Origin: Xanthobacteraceae bacterium
GTDB lineage: Bacteria; Pseudomonadota; Alphaproteobacteria; Rhizobiales; Xanthobacteraceae
Length of the DNA stretch: 64,000 nucleotides
NCBI GenBank assembly: GCA_049282655.1
Contig: JBAPUM010000112.1
Coordinates: forward strand, 2,945-66,944
Direction: 5' to 3'
Under the pieces are notes generated by a model. It was given only the letters and a program-made list of their open reading frames with translations, was not told the DNA's origin and did no database searches. Position numbers and translations under genes: made by a program. Shown here one piece after another: positions 26,945-36,081 of the stretch. Within the stretch, counting starts at the first letter, position 1, and each line of letters opens with the position of its first letter.

Positions 26945-27733
26945 TTAACCGGCCCGCTGCGATTGCCGCAGGCCGTGATACCAGCCCAGCAGCCAGGCCT
27001 CAAACGCACGAAAAATCAGCGACAGCACGATGCCGATGATGCCAAGCAGGATAATGCCGCTCCACATCTCCGGAATCGCGAAGGTTCGCTGATATTGCAC
27101 CAGAACGAAACCGATGCCGTCTCTGGCCGCGAACATTTCACTGATGACCATGAGGATGATGCCGATCGACAGCGATTGCCGCAGGCCGGTGAAAATCTGC
27201 GGACTGGCCCCCGGGAGCACGAAATGCCACAGCCGGGAGAGCCCGCCGATCCGATAACTGCGCACCGTTTCCGCCAGGACCTCGTCGAGCGCGCGGACGC
27301 CTGCGACCGTATTGAGCAGGACCGGCCAGATGCAGCCGAACAGGATCACCAGCGCCTTCATCTCGTTGCCGAGGCCGGTGAACAGGATCAGCACCGGCAC
27401 CAGCACCGGCGGCGGAATGGCGCGCAAAAATTCCAGCACCGGTTCGAGCACATTTCGCAAGTTGCGCGAGGCGCCGACCGGAATGCCGATGACGATGCCG
27501 AGGAAAGCCGCGGCAAGATAGCCTACGGAGAAGCGCCACAGGCTCGGCCCCACATCGGACAAGGCGTGCGGCGAAAACCATAATTTGCCGAAGGTCTGCA
27601 AAATCGTCTGCAGTGGCGGGAAATAAAAGCTCTGGCTGTCCGCGCTGGTGATCCACCAGACGGCGATCAGGGTCACCGGAAGCGCAAGCGTGACAGCAAG
27701 ACGGCGCGGCAGCGATGGCATGAGATCTTTCAT
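26945..27733 (-). CDS. ABC transporter permease (NitT/TauT family)
   Basis: Polytopic ORF. I chose ATG 27733, which forms an ATGA overlap with the upstream permease stop. The track ORF extends to 27775. Confidence 0.88.
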   Translation of the reverse strand: MKDLMPSLPRRLAVTLALPVTLIAVWWITSADSQSFYFPPLQTILQTFGKLWFSPHALSDVGPSLWRFSVGYLAAAFLGIVIGIPVGASRNLRNVLEPVLEFLRAIPPPVLVPVLILFTGLGNEMKALVILFGCIWPVLLNTVAGVRALDEVLAETVRSYRIGGLSRLWHFVLPGASPQIFTGLRQSLSIGIILMVISEMFAARDGIGFVLVQYQRTFAIPEMWSGIILLGIIGIVLSLIFRAFEAWLLGWYHGLRQSQRAG

Positions 27734-28554
27734 GCGCCGGCCTCCGCGGCGTCCAAACGCATCGAGGGGTGCCAAGCCAGAACCCGTCGCTCCAGCGCCC
27801 GGGCACCCAGGTTGACGATGACGCCGATAATTCCGGCGACGATCACATAGGCATACATGATGGCGACTGCGCCGCCGGACTCGGTGTCGCTGATCTCCTT
27901 GCCGAGACCCTGGGTGTCGATCGCGACTTCGCTGGTGATGGCGAGAATGAGCGCCACTGCGGCGGCGAGCCGGATGCCGGTCATCAGATAAGGCAGCGTG
28001 GTCGGCCAGGTGACGTAGCGGATTTGCGCCGAGGTTCCGAGTCCATAAGAGCGCGCGGTCTCCCGCGCCACCGGATCGACATCCTGCACGCCATACAGAA
28101 CCTGGATCAGCACCGGCCAGAACGAGGCGTAGACCACGAGCACCAGCGTCGACTGGATCTGCGAGCCGAACAGCAGCACGGCGAGCGGGATCAGCGCGAC
28201 CGACGGAATCGGACGCAGGAACTCGATAGTCGAATGGGTCAAGCTACGCAGCAAATGCGAGCTGCCGATGGCGATGCCGATGGCTACGCCGGCAACTACC
28301 GATATGACGAGCCCGATCGCCCAGGCTTCCAAAGTGTCGCCGAGCGCCGTCCAGAACTCGGCGGTCGTCATCTCGTTGAACAGCGCAACCATGATGGCGG
28401 AAAACGGCGGCAGATAATCCGGCGAGACGATGCCGACGCGTGGCGCGATCTCAAGCAGGAGCGCAAAGCCGACAAGGCCGGCGAGGCCTTGCAGCCAAAC
28501 AAAAGTGCGGGCCGCAAGCCTGGCCCGCACTCTGGTCGTTCGTGCCGCCGGCAT
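27730..28554 (-). CDS. ABC transporter permease (NitT/TauT family)
   Basis: 274-aa polytopic ORF, starting 3 nt after the SBP stop. Confidence 0.88.
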   Translation of the reverse strand: MPAARTTRVRARLAARTFVWLQGLAGLVGFALLLEIAPRVGIVSPDYLPPFSAIMVALFNEMTTAEFWTALGDTLEAWAIGLVISVVAGVAIGIAIGSSHLLRSLTHSTIEFLRPIPSVALIPLAVLLFGSQIQSTLVLVVYASFWPVLIQVLYGVQDVDPVARETARSYGLGTSAQIRYVTWPTTLPYLMTGIRLAAAVALILAITSEVAIDTQGLGKEISDTESGGAVAIMYAYVIVAGIIGVIVNLGARALERRVLAWHPSMRLDAAEAGA

Positions 28555-28557
28555 GGG

Positions 28558-29511
28558 CTACTGCGGCAACAGCGCCGCGACGTCCGCCTGCTTGGTGATC
28601 AGTCCGCTCTTGAACATGTCGTCGGCCATCGCCTGGGCTGAGGCGCGGTTAAATTTGGGCGGCCATATCGGCAGAATGATCTTGGCGGCGATTTCGGGCG
28701 AGATACGCGTATAGGTCGGAATGATCTGGCGAACTTCATCGGAGTGGGAGTCGGCGTAGGCCAGCGACTCGGTGATCGCGGCCTCGAAACGTTTGACCAT
28801 GTCCGGGTTCGCATTGGTATATTGCACCGAGGCGAAATAAACCGCGATCTCTGCTTTCGGCGCGATAGCGACAAACGGCCAATCCACGACCCTGTCGCCG
28901 CGTGACTGGGCGATGGTGACGAATGGTTCCACCATCCAGCCGGCCTCGATGCGGTGGTCGGCCAGAGCCGCTGGCATGTCGGGAAACGGCACCTCGAGAT
29001 ACTTTAGGCTGTCCGGGTCGCCGCCCGCGGCCTTCACCCCGGCGCGCACCGCAACCTGGCCGATATTGTTCAGGTTATTGACCGCGACGGTCTTGCCGGT
29101 GAGGTCCTTGGCGCTTTGAATCGGGCTGTCGCCAGGCACGAGGACCGCGCAAAAGTCGTGACCGCTGACGCCGGTCGAGGCGACGCCCGGCGCGGTGCCG
29201 ACGAATTTCAGTCCCTTGGTCTGTGCGATCAACAGCGACGGCACGTTGCTGAAGCCGAACTGCAGTTGCCCCGATAGCACGCCAGGGATGATGGCGGCGC
29301 CGCCGCCCTGGGTCGACAGCTCGACGTCGATATTCTGCTTGGCGAAGAAGCCCTTGGCCTTGCCCAGATAGATCGGCGCGCAATCGGCGATAGGGATCAC
29401 CGCAACCGAAATCTTGTCGAGGGCGGCGCGGGCGCGTCGCATCGGCGCCAGCACGGCCGCTGAACCGGCTGCTGCGGCCGCGGAAATCAATTGTCTTTTG
29501 GTCAATGCCAT
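28558..29511 (-). CDS. ABC substrate-binding protein (NMT1/THI5-like)
   Basis: 317 aa. Signal MALTKRQLISAAAAAGSAAVLAPMRRARA followed by a periplasmic binding-protein body. Confidence 0.85.
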   Translation of the reverse strand: MALTKRQLISAAAAAGSAAVLAPMRRARAALDKISVAVIPIADCAPIYLGKAKGFFAKQNIDVELSTQGGGAAIIPGVLSGQLQFGFSNVPSLLIAQTKGLKFVGTAPGVASTGVSGHDFCAVLVPGDSPIQSAKDLTGKTVAVNNLNNIGQVAVRAGVKAAGGDPDSLKYLEVPFPDMPAALADHRIEAGWMVEPFVTIAQSRGDRVVDWPFVAIAPKAEIAVYFASVQYTNANPDMVKRFEAAITESLAYADSHSDEVRQIIPTYTRISPEIAAKIILPIWPPKFNRASAQAMADDMFKSGLITKQADVAALLPQ

Positions 29512-29626
29512 GATGCGTCGCCTCCGCTATGCTTTCTGTGGGCTTTGGCCCAACTTACTGGGCGGTGGAGATTAGGGTGTCAAGCTAGCGCCCATTATGA
29601 CGCGGGCGCAGCGCAATGGCCCGCAG

Positions 29627-30694
29627 TTACCGCTCGGCGAGCGGCTTCACTTTCAGTTCGCGCGCCATTTTGTCGAGCTGCGCGATCAGCGCCGGCGCGA
29701 GCGGCACGCCGTCGCGCAGCCGTTCGCTACGGCATTCGGCGCGGCGGTCGCCAGGCAGGCGGATTTCATCAACGCCGGGCAAGCGTTTCGATTGCCGCAA
29801 ATCGCGCAGATGGCGATCGACTTCGGCGGTGAATGCTTGGAGCGGCAGAAAGCGTGCGATATCGACGACGATGAGGAAATGCCCGGTATTGGTTTCGCTC
29901 TTGTCGTCGGCGTTGAAGTCGACGACATCGCGGCCGAAAGCGGCGCCGTTGAGCACGCCGGCGATCAGCCCGATCATCAGCGCAAGCCCGCTGCCTTTAT
30001 ATTCGCCCATCGGCAGCAGCATGCCTTCGCCCGAACGATTGGGATCGGTGATCGCCGCGCCGGTATCGGGATTGACGAACCAGCCCTCCGGCATGGTGAG
30101 CCCGCGCAGCGCATATTTTTTCACCGTGCCATAGGCGACAATCGAGGTCGCCATGTCGAAGACCAGCGCGCCGTTGCCCGAGGGCACGCCGATGGCGAGC
30201 GGATTGGTGCCGAGCAGATGATCGGCGCCGCCCCAGGTTGCCATGTGATTGGCATTGGCCACCGCCGCATAAATCCCGATCATGCCCGCGGCCGCCGGCA
30301 TCTCGGCATAGAGCCCAGCCGGACCCGCATGATTGGAACGCCGCACGCCGACAAAGCCCGTGCCCTGTTCGCGCGCAATGGCGATTGCCTCCTCGGTCGC
30401 ACGCGACATCACCAGATGCCCCATGCCGTTATCGCCATCGACCAGCGCGGTCGCCGGTGCGGTCCGGTTCACGGTGATGCTAGGCTCTTTGTTGAAGCCG
30501 CCGGCCTTGAGGCGTCGGATATATTGCGGCAGCCGGAAAATACCGTGACCGTCGGCGCCGGTCAGATCGGCCTCGGTCATCAGTTCCGCGCAGCGTGCTG
30601 CATCGTTATACGGCAAGCCTGCGGCGACGAAGGCGTCGGCGATCAGCGCCTGGGTGGCGCGCGCCGGCACGCGCACGAGTGCGGCTTCGTTCAT
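29627..30694 (-). CDS. Ldh_2 family (malate/L-lactate/sulfolactate/ureidoglycolate-type) NAD(P)-dependent oxidoreductase
   Basis: The track ORF (to 31213) is over-extended. ATG 30694 overlaps the upstream stop (TGATG) and gives MNEAALVRV... with the family landmark ADGHGIFRLPQY. 355 aa. Confidence 0.85.
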   Translation of the reverse strand: MNEAALVRVPARATQALIADAFVAAGLPYNDAARCAELMTEADLTGADGHGIFRLPQYIRRLKAGGFNKEPSITVNRTAPATALVDGDNGMGHLVMSRATEEAIAIAREQGTGFVGVRRSNHAGPAGLYAEMPAAAGMIGIYAAVANANHMATWGGADHLLGTNPLAIGVPSGNGALVFDMATSIVAYGTVKKYALRGLTMPEGWFVNPDTGAAITDPNRSGEGMLLPMGEYKGSGLALMIGLIAGVLNGAAFGRDVVDFNADDKSETNTGHFLIVVDIARFLPLQAFTAEVDRHLRDLRQSKRLPGVDEIRLPGDRRAECRSERLRDGVPLAPALIAQLDKMARELKVKPLAER

Positions 30695-31713
30695 CACAGC
30701 CGCCGTTTCTTGCCGATGATTTCGGCGGCGTGGCCGCCGAGAATCCGGTCGCGATCGGCGGCACTGATGCCGAGCGCTTTCACCTGCCGGGCGCATTCCA
30801 GCGTTCCCATATCGTAGGGGTAATCGCTGCCGAGGAAGACGCGCTCGACGCCGGCCGAGGATACCAAGAACTCGCAGGCTGCCTTGTTGTGGGTGATGGT
30901 GTCGTACAGGAAGCGGTCGAGATATCGCTGCGGCGAATGCTTTAAATGCATTTTCGGCTCCGGCCGGACTTCCCAGCCATGCACCCAGCGCCCACCCTGA
31001 TAGGGAATGAAGCCACCGCCATGCACCATCATGAAGTTGAGATTGGGATAACGCTCCATCACACCGCCGAAAATCAGACACGCCGCAGCAATCGTCGTAT
31101 CGAGCGGATTGCCGATCAGATTGCCGAGATAATAGGATTTTAGCCGATCGGCGCCGGCGACATTCCCGGGATGGATCACCATGAAGGCGTCGAGCTTGGC
31201 GGCGGTGGCCCATAGCGGCTCAAAACTCGGATCGTCGAGATTCTTGCCGCCGATATTGGAGCCGATCATGGCGCCGTGCAGGCCGAGCTTGGTGATGGCG
31301 CGACGCAATTCGTCCGCAGCCTTGTCGGGCGCCTGCATCGGCAACGTGGCGATGCCGGAAAAGCGCTCGGGATATTCTTTGACGAGCCGCGCGATCTCGT
31401 CGTTCTGGATCACGGCGCCAGCGACACCCACCGCGGTCTCCTGGCCATAGAGCCAGGTCTGCGGCGATACCGAGAGCACATGCATATCGACCTCGGCGGC
31501 GTCCATGTCGGCGAAGCGGCTCTCGAGATTATGGCCGCCGCGCGGAAACGGCCGGTACGGAACGCCGGCCACCTCGACCACGGAATTCTCGTCGTCGTAA
31601 GGCGTGAGCTTGAGGCCGAGCTTCGGAATCTCCCGTTGCAGGAGCTTTATGGTTGCATCGGCAAGGATATGGCTGTGGGTATCGATGGTCTTGGTCTTTT
31701 GGGCCGATGTCAT
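30694..31713 (-). CDS. amidohydrolase_2 (ACMSD-type) family protein
   Basis: 339 aa. N-terminal metal motif IDTHSHI. Paralogous in layout to 14591..15568. Confidence 0.85.
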   Translation of the reverse strand: MTSAQKTKTIDTHSHILADATIKLLQREIPKLGLKLTPYDDENSVVEVAGVPYRPFPRGGHNLESRFADMDAAEVDMHVLSVSPQTWLYGQETAVGVAGAVIQNDEIARLVKEYPERFSGIATLPMQAPDKAADELRRAITKLGLHGAMIGSNIGGKNLDDPSFEPLWATAAKLDAFMVIHPGNVAGADRLKSYYLGNLIGNPLDTTIAAACLIFGGVMERYPNLNFMMVHGGGFIPYQGGRWVHGWEVRPEPKMHLKHSPQRYLDRFLYDTITHNKAACEFLVSSAGVERVFLGSDYPYDMGTLECARQVKALGISAADRDRILGGHAAEIIGKKRRL

Positions 31714-31919
31714 GATTCCTCCCCGGGCTGGCGCGGCATGTTCTGCGCATAAGCCGCCAAAGATGCAAGAAAGCCATGCATAGACGAGCGGGAGGCGCGC
31801 GGCGGCCGCACGCCGGCAATGCAGCCTGTCGCGGAGGCCTTTAGCAATCGGCGGTTTCCGCTATAAAGAGCCCGAAAACTCCGCCAATCCTCCCTTATCA
31901 AAGCCCTCCGGAACCCAGC

Positions 31920-34262
31920 ATGGACGCCAGCACGGATAACGGTCAGCGCATTGCCTATCACCCCCGCGTCGAGGACGATGTCCTGGTTCGCGGCCGCGGC
32001 AGCTATGTGGCCGATGCCCCCGAGCCGAACCAGGCCTATGCGCATTTCGTCCGCTCGCCGCATGCCTTTGCCCGGATCGTCTCGATCGACGTCAGCGGCG
32101 CCACGAACGCGCCGGGCGTGATCGGCGTCTTGACCGCGAAGGACATGGAAGGCGTCGGCAATCTCGGCCGCCACCCGCCATTGCCCGGCCGCGGCGGCAA
32201 GGGCTTGGTGCTGCCGCACCGGCCGGCACTCGCCACCGAGCGCGTCGTGCATATCGGCGAGCCGGTGGCCATGGTGGTCGCCGAAAGCGCGGCTGCGGCG
32301 CAGGACGCCGCCGAATTTGTTTCAGTCGAATATGACGAGCTGACGCCGGCGATCGATGCGCGCGCGGCGCTTGCCGAAGGCGCGCCGCAAGTCTGGCCGC
32401 AGGCGCCCGGCAATCTCGCGGTCGACTGGCCGGGACCGAATCCGGATCCGGACGCCAATACCAAAAAAGTCGAAGAAATCTTCGCGTCGGCGAAATTCAC
32501 GGCCCGCGTCGCGCTGATGAACCAGCGCATGGTCGGCAACCCGATGGAGCCGCGCGGTGCCACCGCACGCTACGAAACGGCGAGCGACAGCTACACCGTG
32601 CGCGCCTGCTCGCAGGGCGCCGGCGCCATGCGCGACAGCATCATGGCCATCATGAACCTGCCGAAGGAACGCATCCGTGTCATCACCGAGGACGTCGGCG
32701 GCGCTTTCGGCATCAAAACCGGGGCCTATCCGGAAAACATTGCGATCATGATCGGGGCCAAGAAATTCGGCCGTCCGATCCATTGGATGTCGTCGCGCTC
32801 GGAAGTGTTCCTCACCGACAATCAGGCGCGCGATATCTATTCCGAAGTCGAGCTCGCGCTCGACGACAAGGGAAAGTTCCTGGCGCTGCGGCTGCGCAAT
32901 GTCGCCAATCTCGGCGCCTATGTGGGCCCGGTCGGCGCCAATATTCCGACTGTGAATTTCACCCGCTGTCTGCCCGGCATGTACGACATCAAACATATCG
33001 ATGTCGCGACCAAATGCGTGTTCACCAACACCATTCCGACCGCGCCCTATCGCGGCGCCGGGCGGCCGGAAGCGAGCTATGCCATCGAGCGGGTGGTCGA
33101 TGAGGCGGCGCGAGTGACCGGCATCGATCCGATCAGACTGCGCCGGCGCAATCTCATCAAAAAATCCGCGATGCCGTACAAGACCGCGGTCGGCACCACT
33201 TACGACTCCGGCGACTTCGAGCCGATGCTCGAAAAGGCGCTGCAGCTTGCCGACTATGACGGCTTCAGGGCGCGGCGCCGCGAGGCCGGGAAGCGCGGCC
33301 TCTATCGCGGCATCGGCATCTGCTGCATGCTGGAACATTCCGGCGGCTCGCCGATCGAGAGCGCGCTGCTCGCGTTCCCTGGTGACGGCACGTTGCAGCT
33401 TCGCCTTAACGTGCAGAGCACCGGCCAGAGCCACGCCACGGTGTTCCCGCGCGTCATCGCCGAGCGGCTCGGCATTCCGACCGACAAGATCACACACCGC
33501 CACGGCGATTCCGCGAACGAATTGCCGGGCTATGCCTCGGTCGGCTCGCGGTCGGCGATGACGGCCGGCCATTCGATCGCCAAGGCGACCGATCTCATCG
33601 TGCAGAAGGGCAAGCCGATCGCGGCCGCGATGCTCGAAACAGGCGAAGGCGATGTCGGCTACCAGGTCGGAAATTTCGAAGTCGTCGGCACCGACCGCCG
33701 CGTTTCGTTGTTCGAGGTGGCGGCGCGCACCGCGGAGATGAAGAAGCGCGGTGAGATTGCTGAAGATCTCGACACCAAGACCACGACGGAGACACCGCTG
33801 ACTTACCCCAACGGCGTCCATATCGCCGAAGTGGAGATCGATCCCGACACTGGCCACCTCGCGGTCGTGGCCTATAGCGCGGTCGACGATTGCGGCAACG
33901 CGCTCGATGCCATGGTGGTCGAAGGCCAGTTGCACGGGTCGGTCGCCGCGGGCCTCGGCCAGGCGCTGATGGAGAATACGGTCTACGACGCGGACTCCGG
34001 CCAGCTCGTCACCGGCTCGTTCATGGACTACGCCATGCCGCGCGCCGAAGACATGCCGCCGATGCGTGACGCCATGCACAACGTGCCGGCGACCACCAAT
34101 CCGCTTGGCGTCAAAGGCGTCGGCGAGGCCGGCACCACTGCCGCCATCTCGGCGGTGATGAATGCGGTCGCCGACGCCATCCCGAACGGCGCCGGCAATC
34201 ATCTCGACATGCCGGTCACGGCGCAGTCCTTGTGGCAGGCTTGCCGGCGGGCGAAGGGATAA
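31920..34262 (+). CDS. xanthine dehydrogenase / CoxL-like molybdopterin-binding large subunit (non-form-I)
   Basis: 780 aa. The N-terminus resembles CoxL (RVEDDVLVRGRGSYVADA). Active-site loop PYRGAGRPE, not the form-I CO-dehydrogenase VAYRCSFR. No medium (FAD) or small (FeS) subunit genes nearby. Confidence 0.85.
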   Translation: MDASTDNGQRIAYHPRVEDDVLVRGRGSYVADAPEPNQAYAHFVRSPHAFARIVSIDVSGATNAPGVIGVLTAKDMEGVGNLGRHPPLPGRGGKGLVLPHRPALATERVVHIGEPVAMVVAESAAAAQDAAEFVSVEYDELTPAIDARAALAEGAPQVWPQAPGNLAVDWPGPNPDPDANTKKVEEIFASAKFTARVALMNQRMVGNPMEPRGATARYETASDSYTVRACSQGAGAMRDSIMAIMNLPKERIRVITEDVGGAFGIKTGAYPENIAIMIGAKKFGRPIHWMSSRSEVFLTDNQARDIYSEVELALDDKGKFLALRLRNVANLGAYVGPVGANIPTVNFTRCLPGMYDIKHIDVATKCVFTNTIPTAPYRGAGRPEASYAIERVVDEAARVTGIDPIRLRRRNLIKKSAMPYKTAVGTTYDSGDFEPMLEKALQLADYDGFRARRREAGKRGLYRGIGICCMLEHSGGSPIESALLAFPGDGTLQLRLNVQSTGQSHATVFPRVIAERLGIPTDKITHRHGDSANELPGYASVGSRSAMTAGHSIAKATDLIVQKGKPIAAAMLETGEGDVGYQVGNFEVVGTDRRVSLFEVAARTAEMKKRGEIAEDLDTKTTTETPLTYPNGVHIAEVEIDPDTGHLAVVAYSAVDDCGNALDAMVVEGQLHGSVAAGLGQALMENTVYDADSGQLVTGSFMDYAMPRAEDMPPMRDAMHNVPATTNPLGVKGVGEAGTTAAISAVMNAVADAIPNGAGNHLDMPVTAQSLWQACRRAKG

Positions 34263-34271
34263 GCGGCTTCT

Positions 34272-34478
34272 TCAGCGCCGCTTTGCTGTGAGCACGTTGC
34301 CAACAAGCGCGCCGAGACAGCCGAACAACAAAATTCCGCCGCTGAGCCACGGCGCGGCTGCCCCGAGCCAGGCGGCGATGCCGGCGAGAACGACGACGCC
34401 TACGATCGCGAGCGCCAACGCGCCGTCGTCGACGAAGAGCCCGATTAGTTCGTCAACGAGGGCGCGCAGCGCCGTCAT
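34272..34478 (-). CDS. small 2-TM membrane protein, hypothetical
   Basis: 68 aa. Its ATG overlaps the stop of the upstream membrane-protein gene (4-nt overlap at 34475..34478). Confidence 0.5.
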   Translation of the reverse strand: MTALRALVDELIGLFVDDGALALAIVGVVVLAGIAAWLGAAAPWLSGGILLFGCLGALVGNVLTAKRR

Positions 34479-35224
34479 GACACGGCCGTAGCGCTACGGC
34501 GGTTGAGCAGCGCCACCGCGCCGAGGCCGGCCGCCAGGAACAGCGCAATGAAGGCGAGGATCGCGAGGTCGGCGCCCGGCCAGGCGACGCCAAAGCCCTC
34601 ACCGGTCCAGAACAATCCGAAAGCGGACAGCATCACGCCAACGGCGAATTTCAGGGTGTTCTCCGGAACACGCGCCAACGGGCGATGCACCACGAGCCCG
34701 GCGATCGCGACCAGAATACAGGCCGCCAGAGCGGCGGCGCTTGCCGGAATGAGCGACCCCCGGCCGGCGCTCACGGCGATGACAATGAACACCACTTCGA
34801 GGCCCTCCAGCAGCACCGCCTTGAAGCTCGCGAGGCCGGCGAGCCAATCGAGGCGCTGTTCGTGTCGATTGGCCTGTTCGTGCAATTCGGCGGTTTCGCT
34901 GGCGAAGGCGGCGGCTTCGTCGTGCAGCGCAACGAGGCCGGCGGCGCGGAGGATCGCTTTGCGCAGCCAACGCATGCCGAACAGCAACAGCAGGACCCCA
35001 ATAGCGAGTTGCAACGCATTAAGCGGGACGCGATCGAGCAGCGGCCCGAGCGCGGCGACGATCACCGTCAGTACGGCGAGGCCGGCGATCGCGCCTAAAC
35101 CTGCCGGCCGCCAGCCGCGAACGACGGCGACTGCGAGAACGACCGTCAGCGCTTCGACCGCTTCGACAAGCGAAGCAAGAAACGCGGCGGTCACAGCCGA
35201 CCCGGCATGCAGGTTCGCGATCAC
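34475..35224 (-). CDS. internally duplicated polytopic membrane protein (putative small-ion transporter fold; COG4280-like, tentative)
   Basis: GTG 35224 has GGGAGG 6 nt upstream (the track uses TTG 35326). Two homologous halves each carry an acidic TM1 (SLVEAVEALTVV / LLEGLEVVFIV) and RVP.N.L..A.GV.L..FG. Confidence 0.7.
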   Translation of the reverse strand: MIANLHAGSAVTAAFLASLVEAVEALTVVLAVAVVRGWRPAGLGAIAGLAVLTVIVAALGPLLDRVPLNALQLAIGVLLLLFGMRWLRKAILRAAGLVALHDEAAAFASETAELHEQANRHEQRLDWLAGLASFKAVLLEGLEVVFIVIAVSAGRGSLIPASAAALAACILVAIAGLVVHRPLARVPENTLKFAVGVMLSAFGLFWTGEGFGVAWPGADLAILAFIALFLAAGLGAVALLNRRSATAVS

Positions 35225-35328
35225 GCTAGACCTCCCATGGAACCGTCCCAAGGACAGAGTGCGCCGAGCCCCCGGGGCTTCCAATAAATGAGGCTTTGGG
35301 CTCATATCGACAAGATCGGGGAACAATC

Positions 35329-36081
35329 ATGATCGAGATTCGGCCCTCGCGCGAATTGCCGCCGCCGGCCGCGGTTCCGGTGTTGCTGAGTTTCGTCGCC
35401 GGCTATGTCGACAGCTACACCTACCTGGCGCTGTTCGGATTGTTCGCGGCACAAGTGACGGGCAGTTTCGTCATCGCCGGCAGCGAAGTGATCGCGCATG
35501 ATTACGGCGTCATCGGCAAAATCCTCGCGGTGCTCACCTTTCTGGTCGCGGCCGCTGTGACGGCCGCGCTTATCGGCGTCGTACGGGATCAAGGCCGCGC
35601 CGCGCTGCCGTGGATGCTCGCGCTCGAGACGGCGCTGCTTGCGGTCTTTGTCGCGACGATCCTGTTCGGCCCCGCGATCCAGAACGCGCGGGACTGGCAC
35701 GGCATCATGGCCGGCCTATTCGCCGCCATGGCGATGGGGGCGCAAAGCGTCTTGGTACGGCTCCTGATGAAGGGCATACCGCAGACCAACGTCATGACCG
35801 GCAACATGACGCAGCTCGGCATCGCCACGACCGAGCTCATTTTGGCGTGGCGGCGGCTTCGCCATAGCCGGCATAGCAGAGCGGACCTGCGCGAGTTCGC
35901 CGGAGTCCGCCGGCAGTTGCTGACGGTGCTCTTTATCGCGCTCGGCTTTCTGGTCGGCGCGGCGGCCGGCGCCACGGCCTTTGCTTTCACCGGCCTGCGC
36001 GGGGCGCTCCTTGCCGTCGCCATCGTTGGCGGGCTCGCCCTTTGGGCGCACTTTCGCGAGCGTGGCGCGCGGAGCGCGTGA
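35329..36081 (+). CDS. YoaK/DUF1275 family membrane protein
   Basis: LLSFVAGYVDSYTYLALFGLFAAQVTGSFV is the DUF1275 N-terminal signature. ATG 35329 has a GGGGAA SD. Confidence 0.8.
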   Translation: MIEIRPSRELPPPAAVPVLLSFVAGYVDSYTYLALFGLFAAQVTGSFVIAGSEVIAHDYGVIGKILAVLTFLVAAAVTAALIGVVRDQGRAALPWMLALETALLAVFVATILFGPAIQNARDWHGIMAGLFAAMAMGAQSVLVRLLMKGIPQTNVMTGNMTQLGIATTELILAWRRLRHSRHSRADLREFAGVRRQLLTVLFIALGFLVGAAAGATAFAFTGLRGALLAVAIVGGLALWAHFRERGARSA

